From Clostridia bacterium (GTDB lineage Bacteria > Bacillota > Clostridia > Christensenellales > UBA1242), in the NCBI GenBank assembly GCA_017464845.1, contig JAFTYD010000010.1:568-64567 (forward strand): a stretch of 64,000 nt of DNA, read 5' to 3'. The notes under the pieces are model-generated. The model was not told the DNA's origin. It saw only the letters and a list, made by a program, of their open reading frames with translations, and did not search any database. Shown here in pieces: positions 54,622 through 64,000 of the stretch (positions are counted from its first letter, which is position 1; each line of letters opens with the position of its first letter). The translations under genes were made by a program, and so were the position numbers.

Positions 54622-55082
54622 CTTCTCTCCTTAAATTTTTGACCATTTTCTGATTTATCAATAAAAAGTATACCATTCAAGTGGTCTATTTCATGACAAA
54701 GGCATCTTGCTAAAAGTTTCTTACCTGTAACAGTAAATTCTTTACCATCTCTATCAAAAGCTTTTACAGTAACAACTTTTGGTCTTTTTACTTTGTCATA
54801 ATACTTTGGAACACTTAAACAACCTTCATCTTCATATTGTTCACCTTTTGATGATACAATTTCAGGATTTATAAGCTCCAAATATAAATCATCAATTTCA
54901 ATAACAACAACACGTCTAAGTACCCCAATTTGTGGACCAGCTAGACCAACACCATTGCTTACTCTCATTGTTTCTCTCATATCATCTAAAAGACTTTTTA
55001 AATCATCATCAAATTGAGTAACAGGTTTTGCTATTTTACTCAATCTTTCATCTCCAAATTTTAAAATGTTTCTTACAGCCAT
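54618..55082 (-). CDS. def: Peptide deformylase
   Basis: 154 aa. Contains GVGLAGPQIG, EGCLSVP and HEIDHLNG. Confidence 0.96.
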   Translation of the reverse strand: MAVRNILKFGDERLSKIAKPVTQFDDDLKSLLDDMRETMRVSNGVGLAGPQIGVLRRVVVIEIDDLYLELINPEIVSSKGEQYEDEGCLSVPKYYDKVKRPKVVTVKAFDRDGKEFTVTGKKLLARCLCHEIDHLNGILFIDKSENGQKFKERR

Positions 55083-55091
55083 TTTTTCTCC

Positions 55092-57311
55092 TTATGTTAA
55101 ATTTTGAGGATTAAGTTCAAAAAACACAGAAGATTTAAAGTTTTTTCCATCAATTATGTTAAAAACTTTGTTTTCTATTTCTTTTGCATTATCCAATCTT
55201 AACCTCATTAAGATTTGATATCTAAACTTATTTTTAATTCTTTTAAGAGGTGATTTCATTGCATCTAAAAAGATAAAATCTTTTTCATGTTCACTTCTTA
55301 AATTAACTATCTCATTATAACACATTTTCGTCTCTTGTGAAACTATATTTTCGTTTTCATGAGAAAATAATATTCTAAGCACAAGAGAATAAGGAGGAAA
55401 CAAAGTTGTTTCTCTTAAATTTGCTTCTTTTTTATAGAAACCTAAATAATCATAATTTGCAGAAAATCTATAAACAAAATGTCGTGGTGAATAAGTTTGA
55501 AGCACAACCTTACCTTCACTTTGACTTCTACCTGCCCTTCCACTAACCTGTGTTATAAGCTGAAAAGTTCTTTCTATACTTCTATAATCTCCTGTATATA
55601 AACTTTGATCAGCATCAACAATTCCAACCAAAACAACATCTTCAAAATCATGCCCTTTTGCAATCATTTGAGTACCAACCAAAATACCAGGTTTTGAATT
55701 TTTAAATTCAGTCAAAATTTTTTGATGAGCATTTTTTGTTGAAGTTGTATCATTATCCATTCTTAAAACATTTACATCAGGAAATAATTTTTTTAATTCT
55801 TCCACAACCTGTTCTGTTCCAACAGCGCCTTGTTTTATATTTGCACTTTTGCATTCCGGACAAAAATCCAATACTCTAAATTGCTTGCCACAATAATGAC
55901 ATTTTAACCTATTATCTTCCTTATGTAAAACTAAACTAATATCACAATCTGTACACTTTGCAACATAACCACAATCTCTACATCTTTGAAAAGACGAAAA
56001 ACCTCTTCTATTAATAAAAATCATAGCCTGTTTTTTATTATTAACAACATTATATAAATCAACCATTAATTGAGATGAAAAAATATTATTATTTCCATTT
56101 CTTAATTCCATTAACATATCAATAATTTGAATTTTTGGAAGTTCTTTTCCGTTTGCTCTAACAGGAAGTTCTATAAGTTTATACTCACCCTTTTCTGCTT
56201 TTGAGTAACTATCAATAGATGGAGTTGCACTACCCAAAACAAGTGGACATTTATTATATTTTGCTCTAAATGTCGCAACATCATGAGTAGCATATCTAGG
56301 ATTACTTTCAGATACATAACTTTGTTCATGTTCTTCATCAATTATAATAACTCCAACATTTTCAATCGGTGCAAAAATTGCACTTCTTGCACCAACAACA
56401 ACCTTTGCTTCTCCAAAAAAAATTCTTCTCCATTCATCAAACTTTTCTCCTGCTGAAAGTCCACTATGTAATATAGCTACATCTTCCTTAAATCTAGCTT
56501 TAAAATTTGATAAAACTTGTGGTGTCAAAGATATTTCAGGAACAAGCATAATTGCTGTTTTATTATTTTTAAGTTCTCTATCAATAAGATGCATATATAC
56601 TTCTGTCTTACCACTTCCAGTAACACCATGCAACAAATAAACACCTTCACCATTAATAGAATCAACAGCATTTTGTTGCATATTAGAAAGATTAACTCTT
56701 TTATCTTCTTCAACTGAAAATGAAGGTTTTCTGTTTATTTCTTTTTCAAAAACTCTTACAATTTCCTTTTCAATTAAAGCTTTTAAAGGAGAATAACCAA
56801 ACTCATTTGAAACTTCTGAAAATAAACATTTTCCATTTTTTTCTAAAAATTCAATGATTTTTGCTTGTTTTTTTGCGTTTTTTGATATATTTTCATGTAT
56901 TTTTTTTAATTCAACATATTTAACTACAAGTTCCTTTACTTTCCCCTCTCTCATATGTGAAGGTAAAAAAAGTCTTAATATAGAAGCCAATTTTAAGTGA
57001 TATTTCTCACACATAAAATTCATAAGTTCTAACATTTCACTTTTTATAACCGGATAATCTTCTATAATTAAATTTATACTTTTTAATTTTTTAACATCAT
57101 ATTCACAAGTATTTTTTATATCAACCACAAACCCCTGAAGCATTCTATTTCCAAAAGGGACAACAACTCTTTGTCCAATTTTTATTTCCATTTCCTTTGG
57201 TATGATATATTCAAAAACTCTATCAAGCGCCTTTGCATCTTGGTCAATTATAACCGAAGCAAATTTCATATTATCTTCTAACATTTTTGTAATACCTTTT
57301 ATTTTTATCAA
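55092..57311 (-). CDS. priA: Primosomal protein N' (PriA helicase)
   Basis: Contains GVTGSGKTEVY, DEEH and the Cys-rich zinc region CRDCGYVAKCTDCD...CHYCG...CPEC. The start is uncertain. An internal ATG at 57269 (MKFASVIID...) gives the usual PriA N-terminus. Confidence 0.9.
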   Translation of the reverse strand: MIKIKGITKMLEDNMKFASVIIDQDAKALDRVFEYIIPKEMEIKIGQRVVVPFGNRMLQGFVVDIKNTCEYDVKKLKSINLIIEDYPVIKSEMLELMNFMCEKYHLKLASILRLFLPSHMREGKVKELVVKYVELKKIHENISKNAKKQAKIIEFLEKNGKCLFSEVSNEFGYSPLKALIEKEIVRVFEKEINRKPSFSVEEDKRVNLSNMQQNAVDSINGEGVYLLHGVTGSGKTEVYMHLIDRELKNNKTAIMLVPEISLTPQVLSNFKARFKEDVAILHSGLSAGEKFDEWRRIFFGEAKVVVGARSAIFAPIENVGVIIIDEEHEQSYVSESNPRYATHDVATFRAKYNKCPLVLGSATPSIDSYSKAEKGEYKLIELPVRANGKELPKIQIIDMLMELRNGNNNIFSSQLMVDLYNVVNNKKQAMIFINRRGFSSFQRCRDCGYVAKCTDCDISLVLHKEDNRLKCHYCGKQFRVLDFCPECKSANIKQGAVGTEQVVEELKKLFPDVNVLRMDNDTTSTKNAHQKILTEFKNSKPGILVGTQMIAKGHDFEDVVLVGIVDADQSLYTGDYRSIERTFQLITQVSGRAGRSQSEGKVVLQTYSPRHFVYRFSANYDYLGFYKKEANLRETTLFPPYSLVLRILFSHENENIVSQETKMCYNEIVNLRSEHEKDFIFLDAMKSPLKRIKNKFRYQILMRLRLDNAKEIENKVFNIIDGKNFKSSVFFELNPQNLT

Positions 57312-57420
57312 AATTCAATTCATAATAATTATACCATAAATCACTTATAACTAAAAATATTTATATCAAAAAAATAAAAACCAAGCACAATAACTTGGTC
57401 TTTATTTAACTTTGAAATAA

Positions 57421-57621
57421 TTACTCAACATCACTTGCCTTAGTTTCATTATTCATAATTTCTTCTAATGCAAGACTTATTGATTTTTTTTCAGCATTAG
57501 CGAGTTCATCTCCTCTAACACTTTCAATTTCTTTTGCTCTTTTTGATGCTACGATAGAAAGAATATACTTGTTTCCATGTGATTTTTCAATCAAAGTATC
57601 AATTGGTGGTTCTATCATCAT
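57421..57621 (-). CDS. rpoZ: DNA-directed RNA polymerase subunit omega
   Basis: 66 aa. Contains ..PPIDTLIEKSHGNKYILSIVASKRAKEI. RBS is GGAGGGA. Confidence 0.88.
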   Translation of the reverse strand: MMIEPPIDTLIEKSHGNKYILSIVASKRAKEIESVRGDELANAEKKSISLALEEIMNNETKASDVE

Positions 57622-58043
57622 AATTAAATCCCTCCATAAAACTAATTAAGTATAACATATAAATTTTAAAAAGTAAAGAATTTTAATATATTAGTTACAA
57701 TATAGAATAATTTATAAAGATGTGTTTTTTTATCAAATTAAACCAAAACATTTTTAGTTCAGAATTATCAATTAAAATTTTTAACAAAAATATAAAAAAA
57801 ATTAATATAAAACAAATAAAAAAAGACATCGCATAAAACCTTTCATCTTTAATTACTTTTTAAGTTTGATTGAATTCTGTTGTTATTATACAAATTATAA
57901 ATATAAAAATCTTTCTTGAATAATAAAAAATACAAACTTATTATTTATATTTAACATATCAATAAAATACTTAAATATTAGAAAAAATCTTCAAATAATC
58001 TATTTTTTTTATTAAAAATACTTTATTTTTATAAAAAATAATA

Positions 58044-58073
58044 AAAAACCATTATAAAACTATAATGGTTTTT
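58044..58073 (-). terminator. Intrinsic terminator after ppdK
   Basis: 13-bp stem AAAAACCATTATA/TATAATGGTTTTT with a 4-nt loop, followed on the - strand by TATTATTTTTTAT. Confidence 0.7.
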
Positions 58074-58086
58074 ATTATTAATTAAG

Positions 58087-60714
58087 TTATTTTTTTCTTG
58101 GGAACTTAATGTTTGCTTGTGCAGCAGCGAGTCTAGCGATTGGAACTCTATATGGAGAACAAGAAACATAGTTAAGTCCAACTTGGTGACAGAATTCAAT
58201 TGAAGATGGATCTCCACCATGTTCACCACAAATTCCAAGTTTGATATCTGGTCTAGTCATTCTACCAAGTTGAGCGGCAACTTTTACAAGTTTACCAACA
58301 CCTTGTTGGTCAAGTCTAGCAAATGGATCAGATTCAAAAATCTTCTTTCCATAATATACATCAAGGAATTTAGCAGCGTCATCACGGCTGAAACCATATG
58401 TCATTTGAGTTAAGTCATTTGTTCCGAATGAGAAGAATTCAGCATCTTTTGCAATTTCATCTGCAGTAATAGCAGCTCTTGGTATTTCAATCATAGTACC
58501 AATCTTGTATGTGAGTTCAACTCCTCTCTTAGCGATAACTTCTTCAGCTTTTTGAGCTACGATATCTCTAACAAACTTAAATTCTTTTGAATCACAACTC
58601 AATGGAATCATAATTTCTGGAACAACATTGTATTCTTCTGTCTTATTAACTTCAATAGCAGCTTCGATAACAGCTTCTGTTTGCATTTCAGCAATTTCTG
58701 GATAAGAAACAGCAAGACGAAGTCCTCTATGTCCCATCATTGGGTTGAATTCATGTAAGTTTTCAACTGTAGATTTTAATTGTTCGAAAGTAAGTCCCAT
58801 TTCTTTTGCAAGAGCTTCGATTTCAGCATCTTCATGTGGTAAGAATTCATGAAGAGGTGGATCTAAGAAACGAATTGTAACAGGTCTACCTTGCATTGCT
58901 TTAAAGATTCCTTTAAAGTCTTTCTTTTGCATTGGAAGAAGTTTTGCAAGAGCAACTTTTCTTTCTTCAGTAGTTGTAGAAACAATCATTCTTCTAACAA
59001 CAGGAATTCTGTCAGCAGCGAAGAACATATGTTCTGTTCTACAAAGACCAACACCTTCTGCTCCGAATGAGAATGCAGTTTTTGCATCATTTGGATTATC
59101 AGCATTAGTTCTGATGTTTAATTTTCTATATTTATCAGCCCAATTCATAATAGTTGCGAATTCGCCAACAATTTTAGCTGGAACAGTTGGGATTTTACCA
59201 TCATAAATTTTACCAGTAGAACCGTCAAATGAGATGATATCTCCTTCTTTGTACTTTTTATCACCTAAAGTGAATGTTTTGCCGTTTGGAGCAAATTTAA
59301 TATCTGAACAACCAGCAACGCAAGCAGTTCCCATACCTCTAGCAACAACAGCAGCATGAGATGTCATACCACCACGAGCTGTTAAAATACCTTGAGAAGC
59401 AGCCATACCTTCAATATCTTCTGGAGATGTTTCAAGACGAACAAGAACAACAGCTTCTTTCTTTCCTAATTCTTTAGCTTTTTCAGCTGTGAAACAAATT
59501 TTACCACAAGCAGCACCTGGAGATGCAGGAAGAGCTTCACCGATTTGTTTAGCTTTCTTTAATGCAACATCTTCGAATTGTGGGTGCAATAAAGCGTCTA
59601 ATTGTTTTGGATCAATCATTAAAAGAGCTTCTTTTTCAGAAATCTTCTTTTCAGCAACAAGATCAACAGCAACTTTTAAAGCAGCTTTAGCTGTTCTTTT
59701 ACCATTTCTTGTTTGAAGCATATAGAGTTTACCTCTTTCAATAGTAAATTCCATATCTTGCATATCTTTGTAGTGATCTTCAAGTTTATTAGCAATTGCA
59801 ACGAATTGTTTGTAAACTTCTTCATTTTGACTTTCAAGTTGAGCGATTGGTTGTGGAGTTCTGATACCAGCAACAACGTCTTCACCTTGAGCATTCATAA
59901 GATATTCACCATAGAGTTTCTTTTCACCAGTAGAAGGGTTTCTTGTGAAAGCAACACCTGTACCACTGTCATCTCCCATGTTACCGAATACCATTGATTG
60001 AACGTTTACAGCAGTTCCCCAACTATAAGGAATATTGTTCATTCTTCTATAAACATTTGCTCTTTCATTATCCCAAGATCTAAATACAGCTTTAACAGCT
60101 TCGATAAGTTGAACTCTAGGTTCTTGTGGGAAATCTTCCCCTTGAGATTCTTTATAGAGTTGTTTGAATAATTCTACGATTTCTTTAAGATCATCAGCTG
60201 TTAAGTCTTTATCAAATTTAACACCTTTCTTTTCTTTAATTTTATCAAGAATTCTTTCATATTTAGATTTATCTTGTTGCATAACAACATCACTGAACAT
60301 TTGGATAAATCTTCTATAACTGTCATAAGCAAATCTTTCATTGTTTGTAAGTTCAGCAAGACCTACAACAACTTCATCGTTAAGACCAAGGTTCAAAATT
60401 GTATCCATCATACCAGGCATAGATGCTCTAGCGCCTGAACGAACAGAAACAAGAAGAGGATTGTTCTTATCGCCGAAAGTTTTTCCAGTCATTTTTTCAA
60501 TTTGAGCTAATTTTGTTTCAATTTGAGAAACAATGCCGTCATTGATCTTTTTACCATCATCATAGTACTTTGTACAAGCTTCTGTAGTAATGGTAAAACC
60601 TTGAGGAACAGGTAATCCAAGTCTTGTCATTTCAGCAAGGTTAGCACCTTTACCACCGAACAATTCTCTGTTCTTACCGTCTGCCTCTTTAAAAAGATAA
60701 ACATACTTTTTCAT
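58087..60714 (-). CDS. ppdK: Pyruvate, phosphate dikinase
   Basis: 875 aa. Contains GGKGANLAEM, the phospho-His region GGMTSHAAVVARGMG and the PEP-utilising C-domain FFSFGTNDLTQ. Confidence 0.97.
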   Translation of the reverse strand: MKKYVYLFKEADGKNRELFGGKGANLAEMTRLGLPVPQGFTITTEACTKYYDDGKKINDGIVSQIETKLAQIEKMTGKTFGDKNNPLLVSVRSGARASMPGMMDTILNLGLNDEVVVGLAELTNNERFAYDSYRRFIQMFSDVVMQQDKSKYERILDKIKEKKGVKFDKDLTADDLKEIVELFKQLYKESQGEDFPQEPRVQLIEAVKAVFRSWDNERANVYRRMNNIPYSWGTAVNVQSMVFGNMGDDSGTGVAFTRNPSTGEKKLYGEYLMNAQGEDVVAGIRTPQPIAQLESQNEEVYKQFVAIANKLEDHYKDMQDMEFTIERGKLYMLQTRNGKRTAKAALKVAVDLVAEKKISEKEALLMIDPKQLDALLHPQFEDVALKKAKQIGEALPASPGAACGKICFTAEKAKELGKKEAVVLVRLETSPEDIEGMAASQGILTARGGMTSHAAVVARGMGTACVAGCSDIKFAPNGKTFTLGDKKYKEGDIISFDGSTGKIYDGKIPTVPAKIVGEFATIMNWADKYRKLNIRTNADNPNDAKTAFSFGAEGVGLCRTEHMFFAADRIPVVRRMIVSTTTEERKVALAKLLPMQKKDFKGIFKAMQGRPVTIRFLDPPLHEFLPHEDAEIEALAKEMGLTFEQLKSTVENLHEFNPMMGHRGLRLAVSYPEIAEMQTEAVIEAAIEVNKTEEYNVVPEIMIPLSCDSKEFKFVRDIVAQKAEEVIAKRGVELTYKIGTMIEIPRAAITADEIAKDAEFFSFGTNDLTQMTYGFSRDDAAKFLDVYYGKKIFESDPFARLDQQGVGKLVKVAAQLGRMTRPDIKLGICGEHGGDPSSIEFCHQVGLNYVSCSPYRVPIARLAAAQANIKFPRKK

Positions 60715-60953
60715 ATAAACTTCTCCTTTTGTTTACTACCTAGATATAATATCATACTTTAATATTTTATCAAAACATTTTTTAATAATTTTTTATAATT
60801 TTAGAAATATATATTTATCATACAAAGATTAAATATTTATAAAACATAAACTAAGATTTTTTATATTAATTTTTTTAAATAAAAAAAATAAATTTCATTA
60901 AAAAAAAAAGTTTAATTTTTTAATAAAATTTATTTAATTTTTTCTTATTTTTT

Positions 60954-61538
60954 TTAAACTTCAATATTATCAAAATAACTCAATAGTCTTTCCTTGCCAT
61001 ATCCATTTTCGCTACTAAAAGGAACAACAATATCATCTCTAATTTTTAAACTCTTTGCAAGAGCCATACAAGCATTTTTTATTTTTGATTTTGCAAGTTT
61101 ATCAACCTTTGTTGCAACAACTACAAAAGGTATATTGTAAGCCATCACAAACTCAATCATTTGAAAATCAAGTTCACTTGGATTATGCCTACAATCAAGA
61201 AGAATAAAAACAGTTTTTAGACTTTCAGAATGAAGTAAATATTCTTCCATAAGACCTGCCCAATTTGCAGTGTGTTTGAATCCAACTTTTGCATAACCAT
61301 AACCTGGCAAATCAACAAATCTAAATTGACCATTATTAATATCAAAGTAATTTATCATTTTTGTAAGTCCAGGAGTTGAAGAAGTTTTTGCAAGATTCTT
61401 AATTCCACAAACACGATTAATTAAACTTGATTTTCCAACATTACTTCTTCCAACAAAAGCAAATTCAGGAACTCCATCATCTATTATATTTTTCTTATCA
61501 ACAACACTTGTTTTATATTTTGCATTTTTTATTTCCAT
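60954..61538 (-). CDS. engB: Ribosome biogenesis GTPase YsxC/EngB
   Basis: I prefer the start at 61538 (MEIKNAKYKTSVV). Contains GRSNVGKSSLIN and DLPGYGYA. The track start at 61577 is a TTG 13 codons upstream. Confidence 0.9.
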   Translation of the reverse strand: MEIKNAKYKTSVVDKKNIIDDGVPEFAFVGRSNVGKSSLINRVCGIKNLAKTSSTPGLTKMINYFDINNGQFRFVDLPGYGYAKVGFKHTANWAGLMEEYLLHSESLKTVFILLDCRHNPSELDFQMIEFVMAYNIPFVVVATKVDKLAKSKIKNACMALAKSLKIRDDIVVPFSSENGYGKERLLSYFDNIEV

Positions 61539-61604
61539 AAACAAATTATAACCTATAATATTTTTTTTTACAAGCAAAAATAAAGATTAATACATCAAAA
61601 AGCA

Positions 61605-62033
61605 TTAATCTTTGTTTAACATAATTTCCATAAAAATATCTTTTTCTTTTTTAGAATCATTAAATACAAAAAACTTTTGAAAAATAAATTCAGTAACAAA
61701 ATTTATTATCATAGTAAATCCTAAAACAATATACTCATTTATATGTTTTTCAAGCACATTACCCCACCAAGTTGAAAGTGGTGTAAACACAACATAAAAG
61801 CACAAAACTTTAAGCATTGCAATAGGAATATTTTTTGCAGAATTGAAAGTAAATTTTCTATTAAAAGTAAAATTCCATACAATAGATAAAAGTAAAGAAA
61901 TCAAATATGCTGGCCAATAAATCAAATTAAAAACTTCATTCAATAATGTAAAACTAACAATTTGTATAACACCTGCTGAGATTGAAAAAAGTAAAAATTT
62001 AAACATTTGCAAATAATCTTTTTTTGTAACCAT
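61605..62033 (-). CDS. GtrA-family membrane protein
   Basis: I moved the start to the ATG at 62033 (RBS AAGGAGAA), giving 142 aa and 4 TM helices. Contains F..FS..G......F...E.. and the NRKFTF motif typical of GtrA. Confidence 0.7.
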   Translation of the reverse strand: MVTKKDYLQMFKFLLFSISAGVIQIVSFTLLNEVFNLIYWPAYLISLLLSIVWNFTFNRKFTFNSAKNIPIAMLKVLCFYVVFTPLSTWWGNVLEKHINEYIVLGFTMIINFVTEFIFQKFFVFNDSKKEKDIFMEIMLNKD

Positions 62034-62043
62034 TCTGTTCTCC

Positions 62044-62784
62044 TTAATCAATATAATGCTTTTTTACAATATTTATTAATTCTTGTAAAATTTCTTCATT
62101 TATTGATGCAATAAAATATTTTTCATTTTCAAAAATTTTTAATCCAAGTTCCTTGCACATAATAAGTCCTGGCATAATATCCCATTTTGTTTTTGATAAA
62201 AATATAATACCACTTAAGTTTCTTTTTATCAAATTTGCATAAGAATATGACACGCAACCATATGCCCTAATTCTTCCCAACTTATCATCAATTTCTTCTG
62301 CAATTTTATATCTATTATGTGGACCTGCATCAACTGTAAAAATTCTTTTATTTGAAATAGTTTTAGTATCAAAAATTTGTTTATTATTAAGATAAACGCC
62401 TCGACCTTTTACACAATAAAACAACTCATCTAGAATAGGAAAATACATTATTGAAATGTAATTTTTTTTATCTTTTACCATCGCAATTTGAATCGACCAT
62501 TCTTTTAAATTATTAGCAAAATTCATAGTACCATCTATTGGATCAATTGTAAAATAATTATCAGAAATTTCTGACTTCGGATTAAATTCTTCACTAATAA
62601 TTTCAAATTCCTTGTAGCTTCCTTTTAAGTTTTCAATTATGTATTTTTCTACTTTTAAATCAAGATTTGTAACAATGTCATTTACATTTTTATCAAATAC
62701 TTCCATCTTTTCATTTTTAATAATCAAACTAGCTTCTTTAACTAAATTTATTAAAAAGTTTAAATCTTTTTCAAAATTTTCCAT
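62044..62784 (-). CDS. Inositol monophosphatase-family protein
   Basis: 246 aa. Contains EEF..., IDPIDGTMNF and KWDIMPG. Confidence 0.8.
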   Translation of the reverse strand: MENFEKDLNFLINLVKEASLIIKNEKMEVFDKNVNDIVTNLDLKVEKYIIENLKGSYKEFEIISEEFNPKSEISDNYFTIDPIDGTMNFANNLKEWSIQIAMVKDKKNYISIMYFPILDELFYCVKGRGVYLNNKQIFDTKTISNKRIFTVDAGPHNRYKIAEEIDDKLGRIRAYGCVSYSYANLIKRNLSGIIFLSKTKWDIMPGLIMCKELGLKIFENEKYFIASINEEILQELINIVKKHYID

Positions 62785-62799
62785 TTATTCCTCTATTTT

Positions 62800-63411
62800 T
62801 TAATAAAAAACTTCTTCGTCCATATATTTTTCTATACTTTCTTTTAAATTCAAAACATCTTTCAAAGACATCAAATTAAAATAGTTACAATCTACTCCAA
62901 CATTTATTCCATATCTTTTTACATAACATCTATTGTGAATATGACCAAATAAATTGAAACAATCTTTTTTTGTAAGTGAAGGATAATGATTTAAATATAA
63001 TTTTACATTTTTTTTATCATTGTCAACACAATCAATTTCCAACCCTTTTTCATGTACTTCATAAAATCCAGCATCTAGTAAAAATTGTTTAAATTTTAAA
63101 AAATCATTATCAAATTTTTCTTTCATAATTCTAGTCTCTTGGTTTCCAAAAATAAGTACAATTTTTGCCTTTATTTTTTTTACTACCTTTATTCCTCTTT
63201 TCCAAGAATTTAAATCAAAACTATTATAATTTAAAAAATCTCCAACACAATAAATTATGTCATTCTTTTTTGCTTTTTTATTGAAATTTTTTATCATTGT
63301 TCTATCCATTTGGTTTACATTTTTGAAAGGTCTCCCATCTCTTTTTATGTGTCCCAAACTTAATGCAAAATCATCACAAAAATGTGTATCTGCAGTAAAA
63401 AACAAATTCAT
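62800..63411 (-). CDS. Metallophosphoesterase-family protein
   Basis: 203 aa. Contains FFTADTHF, VGDF, FGNQE and GHIHN (calcineurin-like phosphoesterase motifs). Confidence 0.8.
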   Translation of the reverse strand: MNLFFTADTHFCDDFALSLGHIKRDGRPFKNVNQMDRTMIKNFNKKAKKNDIIYCVGDFLNYNSFDLNSWKRGIKVVKKIKAKIVLIFGNQETRIMKEKFDNDFLKFKQFLLDAGFYEVHEKGLEIDCVDNDKKNVKLYLNHYPSLTKKDCFNLFGHIHNRCYVKRYGINVGVDCNYFNLMSLKDVLNLKESIEKYMDEEVFY

Positions 63412-63468
63412 AAATTTTCTCCTAAAATTGATTATAACATATAATTTTTACATTTGTAAATAAAATAA

Positions 63469-63494
63469 AAAACTTTTACGTTTGTAAAAGTTTT
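63469..63494 (-). terminator. Intrinsic terminator at the stop of the right-edge gene
   Basis: 11-bp stem AAAACTTTTAC/GTAAAAGTTTT with a 4-nt loop, followed on the - strand by TTTATTTTATTT. Confidence 0.65.
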
Positions 63495-64000
63495 TATTCT
63501 TCACTTGTAATCTTAGTTAAAGATTTAAATGATTTATTTTTATAATTAACTTTTCTATAAAGGTTTAAAGATTTAATTAATTTTTTAATTGAACTTAATG
63601 CTTTTCTTAAATCAACATCTTCGTTTATTGTAAATTCTAATGCAGCTGATTTATTCTTTTTAAGCTCACTTTCTTCAATACCTCTATATCTTTTGTCAAG
63701 CATTTCCTTATCCATATCAATGAACAATTTTAACTCTTTTTTAACTACATTAATTTTAAACTTTGTTTTATGTCCAAGTTTAAAAGTTTCACCATCTTTA
63801 TTTATAGTATTTAAAAGTTCAGGCCATGCCAAAAGTTCATTTTTAATTTGACGATAATATCTTTTTTGTGCTGTTGTTAATTTGTTTAATTTTTCAATAT
63901 ATTTATTAACAGAAGAACCAACTCTTACCACAACCTCATCATCTGTACTACCATCATCATTTGACAATGTAACTGAAATAAATTCTTCTTTTCCTTTTTC
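63494..64000 (-). CDS. Hypothetical protein; only the C-terminal part is present and the 5' end lies outside the window
   Basis: The frame stays open upstream of the track's TTG start all the way to position 64000 (..EKGKEEFISVTLSNDDGS..). The product is K/E-rich and I recognise no motif. Confidence 0.55.
   Translation of the reverse strand, partial: EKGKEEFISVTLSNDDGSTDDEVVVRVGSSVNKYIEKLNKLTTAQKRYYRQIKNELLAWPELLNTINKDGETFKLGHKTKFKINVVKKELKLFIDMDKEMLDKRYRGIEESELKKNKSAALEFTINEDVDLRKALSSIKKLIKSLNLYRKVNYKNKSFKSLTKITSEE

Noticed and set aside
58029-59997. Five short track ORFs within or overlapping ppdK: 58029-58238, 58219-58413, 59489-59716, 59676-59894 and 59713-59997.
   Set aside because: All are embedded in alternative frames of the 875-aa pyruvate phosphate dikinase gene. 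None has an RBS.
8523-62051. N-terminal extensions in the ORF-track coordinates for many genes: 9575, 13190, 14738, 15953, 21296, 22995, 23844, 33092, 38246, 39870, 41326, 46066, 48628, 50859, 61577 and 62051.
   Set aside because: In each case an internal ATG preceded by a GGAGG-type RBS (or, for lipoproteins, one that yields a proper signal peptide) gives the expected conserved N-terminus. The upstream codons are read-through of spacer sequence, often from TTG or GTG.

Overview
This 64-kb window comes from a very AT-rich genome (by eye about 25-30% GC). The gene content is that of an endospore-forming, Clostridia-like Firmicute. I call about 66 protein-coding genes, and all but five are on the minus strand. 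They are tightly packed, often with overlapping stop and start codons. I saw no rRNA, tRNA, CRISPR array, transposase, integrase or phage genes.

Gene content from start to end:
- A large secreted GLUG/MucBP-repeat surface protein that runs off the left edge and is missing from the ORF track.
- glyA-folD.
- A TetR regulator divergent from an HExxH protein plus an untracked 53-aa ORF.
- A lipid kinase and an HD-GYP protein.
- An envelope cluster of two lipoproteins and an LtaS-like sulfatase.
- spoIVA, a Cys/His-repeat lipoprotein, plsY (fused to a long Glu/Lys-rich tail) and der.
- feoAB and nrdR.
- ylmC, sigG, sigE, spoIIGA, ftsZ, ftsA, ftsQ and murA.
- A 5.3-kb insert of small accessory genes (3 GNATs, an HD hydrolase, a CYTH-like protein, a zinc-ribbon protein and unknowns).
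- ftsW, murD, mraY and murE.
- A nucleoside-kinase-like gene.
- ddl, murF-like, an alpha/beta hydrolase and murC.
- spoVG, ypeB, sleB, spoIIR, a SipL-like protein and veg.
- rpe, rsgA, rlmN, fmt, def, priA and rpoZ.
- ppdK, engB, a GtrA-like protein, an IMPase-family protein, a metallophosphoesterase and a gene truncated at the right edge.

Most of the window is ordinary core genome. I did not find a convincing multi-gene defence-type or otherwise clearly new system. The items most worth a second look are:
1. An ORF-free, GC-elevated spacer of about 280 nt (33946-34228) with several helices, which may be an unclassified structured RNA.
2. The cassette-like accessory insert that splits the dcw cluster. 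It is bounded by repeated terminator-promoter junction modules.
3. A MurF-type ligase whose N-terminal UDP-binding domain is replaced by three predicted transmembrane helices, in a murC-hydrolase-murF-ddl operon.
4. PlsY fused to an acidic/basic tail of about 270 aa.
5. A lipoprotein made of 8-9 tandem H-C-C-C repeats.

All functional calls come from reading the translations and recognising motifs. No database search was possible.
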